A stretch of DNA of 10,143 nucleotides from NCBI GenBank assembly GCA_043767805.1, contig JAYUGC010000150.1:1-10143 (forward strand), given 5' to 3'. The notes beneath the pieces are model-generated. The model saw only the letters and a program-made list of their open reading frames with translations, made no database searches and was not told the DNA's origin. Both the position numbers and the translations under genes were made by a program. Positions within the stretch are counted from its first letter, which is position 1. Every line of letters begins with the position of its first letter. This stretch comes from Pseudomonadota bacterium (lineage in GTDB: Bacteria; Bdellovibrionota; FAC87; UBA2466). Shown piece after piece: positions 7,544 to 10,143 of this stretch.

Positions 7544-8515
7544 TTAGCCGTGGCGGCGCTGAGAATCAGCGGTCGCGGGCGTCGATCGATTCATCATGTA
7601 CCACCGAATCGTCCGCGCCAAACCTTCACGCAACGACGTCTTCGCCTGGAAGCCGAAATACGCGAGCGCCCGGCTGACATCGAGCCGCCGCCGAGGCTGC
7701 CCGTTCGGCCGAGAGGGATCATAATGAATCGCGCCGGTGAAGCCGACATGGCCCGCGACAATGGTGGCCAGCTCACGAATGGAAAGCTCTTCGCCCGAGC
7801 CCAGATTTACCGGCTCGCGGCCGTCGTATTTCTGCGTTGCCATAACGATGGCTTCGGCCGCGTCTTCGACGTAGAGAAATTCTCTCGTGGGAGAGCCATC
7901 GCCCCAAAGCACGATCTCTTTCGTCCCCGACTCCTTGGCCTCGAGGCATTTGCGCACGAGCGCCGGAATCACGTGAGAGCTTTCCGGATCGAAATTGTCT
8001 TTCGGTCCGTAGAGATTCACGGGCAAGAGATAGACGGAATTAAAACCATATTGCTCGCGGTACGCCTGCCCCTGCACGAGCATCATCTTCTTCGCGATGC
8101 CGTAGGGAGCGTTCGTCTCTTCCGGATAGCCCGACCAGAGATCGGCTTCCTTGAAAGGCGTGGGCGTGAACTTGGGGTACGCGCAGATGGTGCCGATGGC
8201 GACGAACTTCTCGACTTTGAAAAGACGCGAGTACTCCATGAGCTGAAGGCCCATGATGGCGTTGTCATAGAAAAAACTTCCCGGGTTCTTGGCGTTGGCG
8301 CCGATACCGCCGACCACCGCCGCGAGATGAATGATCACCTCCGGCTTGTGTTGCGTCAGCAGGCGCACGATGGCGGCGCGATCCCGCAGGTCGTACTCTT
8401 TCGAGCGCGGCACGAAAACGTTGTTACAACCCTGCTCTTTCAAGCGGGCCACGACGAACGAGCCGAGAAATCCGGCTCCCCCAGTAACGATGATTTTCTT
8501 TTTGGTTAGGTCCAT
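7544..8515 (-). CDS. fcl: GDP-L-fucose synthase (GDP-4-keto-6-deoxymannose epimerase/reductase; extended SDR)
   Basis: [34 protein letters not shown] (YxxxK), PVNLYGP, SHVIPAL and [15 protein letters not shown]. Start set at ATG 8515 ([12 protein letters not shown]). Confidence 0.93.
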   Translation of the reverse strand: MDLTKKKIIVTGGAGFLGSFVVARLKEQGCNNVFVPRSKEYDLRDRAAIVRLLTQHKPEVIIHLAAVVGGIGANAKNPGSFFYDNAIMGLQLMEYSRLFKVEKFVAIGTICAYPKFTPTPFKEADLWSGYPEETNAPYGIAKKMMLVQGQAYREQYGFNSVYLLPVNLYGPKDNFDPESSHVIPALVRKCLEAKESGTKEIVLWGDGSPTREFLYVEDAAEAIVMATQKYDGREPVNLGSGEELSIRELATIVAGHVGFTGAIHYDPSRPNGQPRRRLDVSRALAYFGFQAKTSLREGLARTIRWYMMNRSTPATADSQRRHG

Positions 8516-8663
8516 GTTCTTTGCGCAAGAAACTCGTAGAGGCTCATCCATCTATCGGCATCCGAGCGCCAAAACTCCAGCAAAGAGCTGACCACGATTC
8601 AAGAAAGATTCTATGGCGTCAGGGCTCCGTTGGCGAGGCCTGCGCCTTCCCGCCCGAGTGGGC

Positions 8664-8669
8664 TATAAT
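8664..8669 (+). promoter_or_regulatory. Candidate sigma70 -10 box for the wzt-like gene
   Basis: Perfect TATAAT in a GC-rich divergent intergenic region, 37 nt upstream of ATG 8707. No convincing -35 box. Confidence 0.4.
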
Positions 8670-8706
8670 TAGAAAGACCTCCAACCCTCCTTTCCCCGAA
8701 ATTCTT

Positions 8707-9984
8707 ATGCACCCAGCCATCAAGGTTCAGAATGTTTGGAAGCACTTTCGACTTGGCGCGCAGTTCACGAGCAACTCGTCGCTCAAAGAATCGATTGCGG
8801 ACGCCATCATGGCGCCGGTGCGCTATTCCTACCGCCGGCTAAAGGGGCTGCCTCCCCCGCCGAAGCGCACGGGAGAGACGATCTGGGCGTTACGCGACTT
8901 GTCGTTCGAAGTGCAGCCTGGCGAAATCGTCGGCATCATCGGAAGAAATGGCGCCGGCAAATCTACTCTATTCAAAGTCTTGAGCCGGATCACTGCGCCA
9001 ACGCGCGGCAGAATCGACATGCACGGCCGGGTGGCGAGCCTTCTCGAAGTGGGTACCGGTTTTCACCATTACCTCACCGGACGCGAAAATATTTATCTCT
9101 CGGGCTCCATCTTCGGAATGCGCATGGCGGACGTGAAAAAGCAGTTCGACGCCATCGTGGAGTACTCCGAAATCGAGAAGCATCTGGACACCCCCGTAAA
9201 ATTTTATTCGAGCGGCATGTACGTCCGCCTGGCCTTCGCGGTCGCGGCGCATTTGAATCCCGACATCATGCTGGTCGACGAGATCCTAGCGGTCGGCGAC
9301 ATGGCCTTTCAGAAGAAGTGCCTGGGCACTTTGAAAGCGACCGCGCGCGAGAACCGCACGGTCTTATTCGTCAGCCATAGCATGCAGGTCATCCGCCAGC
9401 TCTGCACGCGAGTCATCCACATCGAGAACGGCGTCATCCGCATGGACTGCCCCACGGAAGTCGGCATCACCGATTACAACAAGTTCCTGCAAAAGCCGCG
9501 CGATCTAACGACGGAAGGAAAGCTTAACCGGATCCACCGCAGCACGGGCGCGGTGCAGGTTCAGAACTTCGTCTCGAGAAATACCGATGAGACCGAGTGC
9601 TGGCGCTTCAAGCACGCGGAAACCATTCTTCTCGACTTGTCCTATAAGGTCACTCGCGACGTGCCTTCTCTTGCGATCTTTCTGACTATCCGCTCGGTCA
9701 TCTCGGGTGACGTAATCACCACCGTGTTCGAAGGACTCTCGGAAGACCCGGTGAAAGCCGGCACCTCGGCCCGCGCGGAATTGAAACTTCCGAAGATCGC
9801 GCTCCGTCCCGGCGATTACTCGCTCAGCTTACAGATGACCGATCTCTCGCGCGAGAAAGTCTTCGACATCATCGACGATAATGTGGGATTGCCTTGGCTC
9901 TCGATCGATACGGCTCAAGGCGATCTCATCGCAACGGAAGGCTACGTAAGCCTCAATTCGTCGGTGAAGGTCAACGCCGCCTAG
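8707..9984 (+). CDS. wzt: Polysaccharide/O-antigen export ABC transporter ATP-binding protein with a C-terminal carbohydrate-binding (Wzt_C-like) domain
   Basis: IWALRDLSFEV, Walker A GRNGAGKST, SLLEVGTGF, signature YSSGMYVRLAFAVA, Walker B LVDEILAVGD, H-loop VSH and a beta-rich C-terminal extension (LRPGDYSL). Start set at ATG 8707 (MHPAIKVQNVWK). Confidence 0.92.
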   Translation: MHPAIKVQNVWKHFRLGAQFTSNSSLKESIADAIMAPVRYSYRRLKGLPPPPKRTGETIWALRDLSFEVQPGEIVGIIGRNGAGKSTLFKVLSRITAPTRGRIDMHGRVASLLEVGTGFHHYLTGRENIYLSGSIFGMRMADVKKQFDAIVEYSEIEKHLDTPVKFYSSGMYVRLAFAVAAHLNPDIMLVDEILAVGDMAFQKKCLGTLKATARENRTVLFVSHSMQVIRQLCTRVIHIENGVIRMDCPTEVGITDYNKFLQKPRDLTTEGKLNRIHRSTGAVQVQNFVSRNTDETECWRFKHAETILLDLSYKVTRDVPSLAIFLTIRSVISGDVITTVFEGLSEDPVKAGTSARAELKLPKIALRPGDYSLSLQMTDLSREKVFDIIDDNVGLPWLSIDTAQGDLIATEGYVSLNSSVKVNAA

Positions 9985-9990
9985 CAGCCT

Positions 9991-10053
9991 TCTCGCTGCC
10001 CGCGCGCTCGATCCGGGGCGGTCACTGGTTGCTGGAGCTAGTACGAGGAAATC
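9991..10053 (+). repeat. Dispersed ~60-bp repeat, copy C
   Basis: 10008-10053 is 45/46 identical to 7346-7391. It starts ~7 nt after the wzt stop codon. Confidence 0.95.
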
Positions 10054-10143
10054 AATTTGCCAGCGCCTCACCGCGGATCAAGCCGCGCCCGGGAAAGGAC
10101 CAGTCGGTGATGGCCGATTCGTCCATCGCCAACGCCACCCGGG
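10052..10143 (-). CDS. Possible 3' end of an unidentified gene entering from the right edge
   Basis: A minus-strand frame is open from the window edge: ...RVALAMDESAITDWSFPGRGLIRGEALAN*, with TGA at 10052-10054 and GC-rich third positions. It is too short to identify. Confidence 0.4.
   Translation of the reverse strand, partial: RVALAMDESAITDWSFPGRGLIRGEALAN

Noticed and set aside
7550..8509. 319-aa plus-strand ORF antisense to fcl
   Set aside because: It is a shadow ORF of a GC-rich gene: fully overlapping, Arg-rich and without recognisable motifs.
7333..10053. Repeats as a CRISPR array or integron attC sites
   Set aside because: Orientation is mixed and spacing irregular, there are no cas or intI genes, and no RYYYAAC/GTTRRRY ends.

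Overview
GC-rich bacterial DNA, densely coding, with mostly recognisable genes. In order: the 5' part of a cation:proton antiporter (-), a HAD hydrolase (-), a secreted S8 subtilase (+), a delta-9-type fatty acid desaturase (-), a coupled bcp-pyrF-pyrE run (+) followed by a GT-C-like polytopic membrane protein (+), a DUF423 protein (-), a divergent pair of GDP-L-fucose synthase (fcl, -) and Wzt-type polysaccharide ABC ATPase (+), and possibly the 3' end of a further minus-strand gene. The most notable unexplained structure is a ~60-bp non-coding repeat present three times: A at ~7333-7391 (+), B at ~7477-7536 (-) and C at ~9991-10053 (+). A and C are 45/46 identical direct repeats bracketing the fcl+wzt pair. 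A and B form a ~200-nt inverted doublet. B and C each start 7-8 nt after a stop codon. No transposase, integrase, tRNA, rRNA or CRISPR array is visible. All family calls come from motif recognition by eye; no database search was run.
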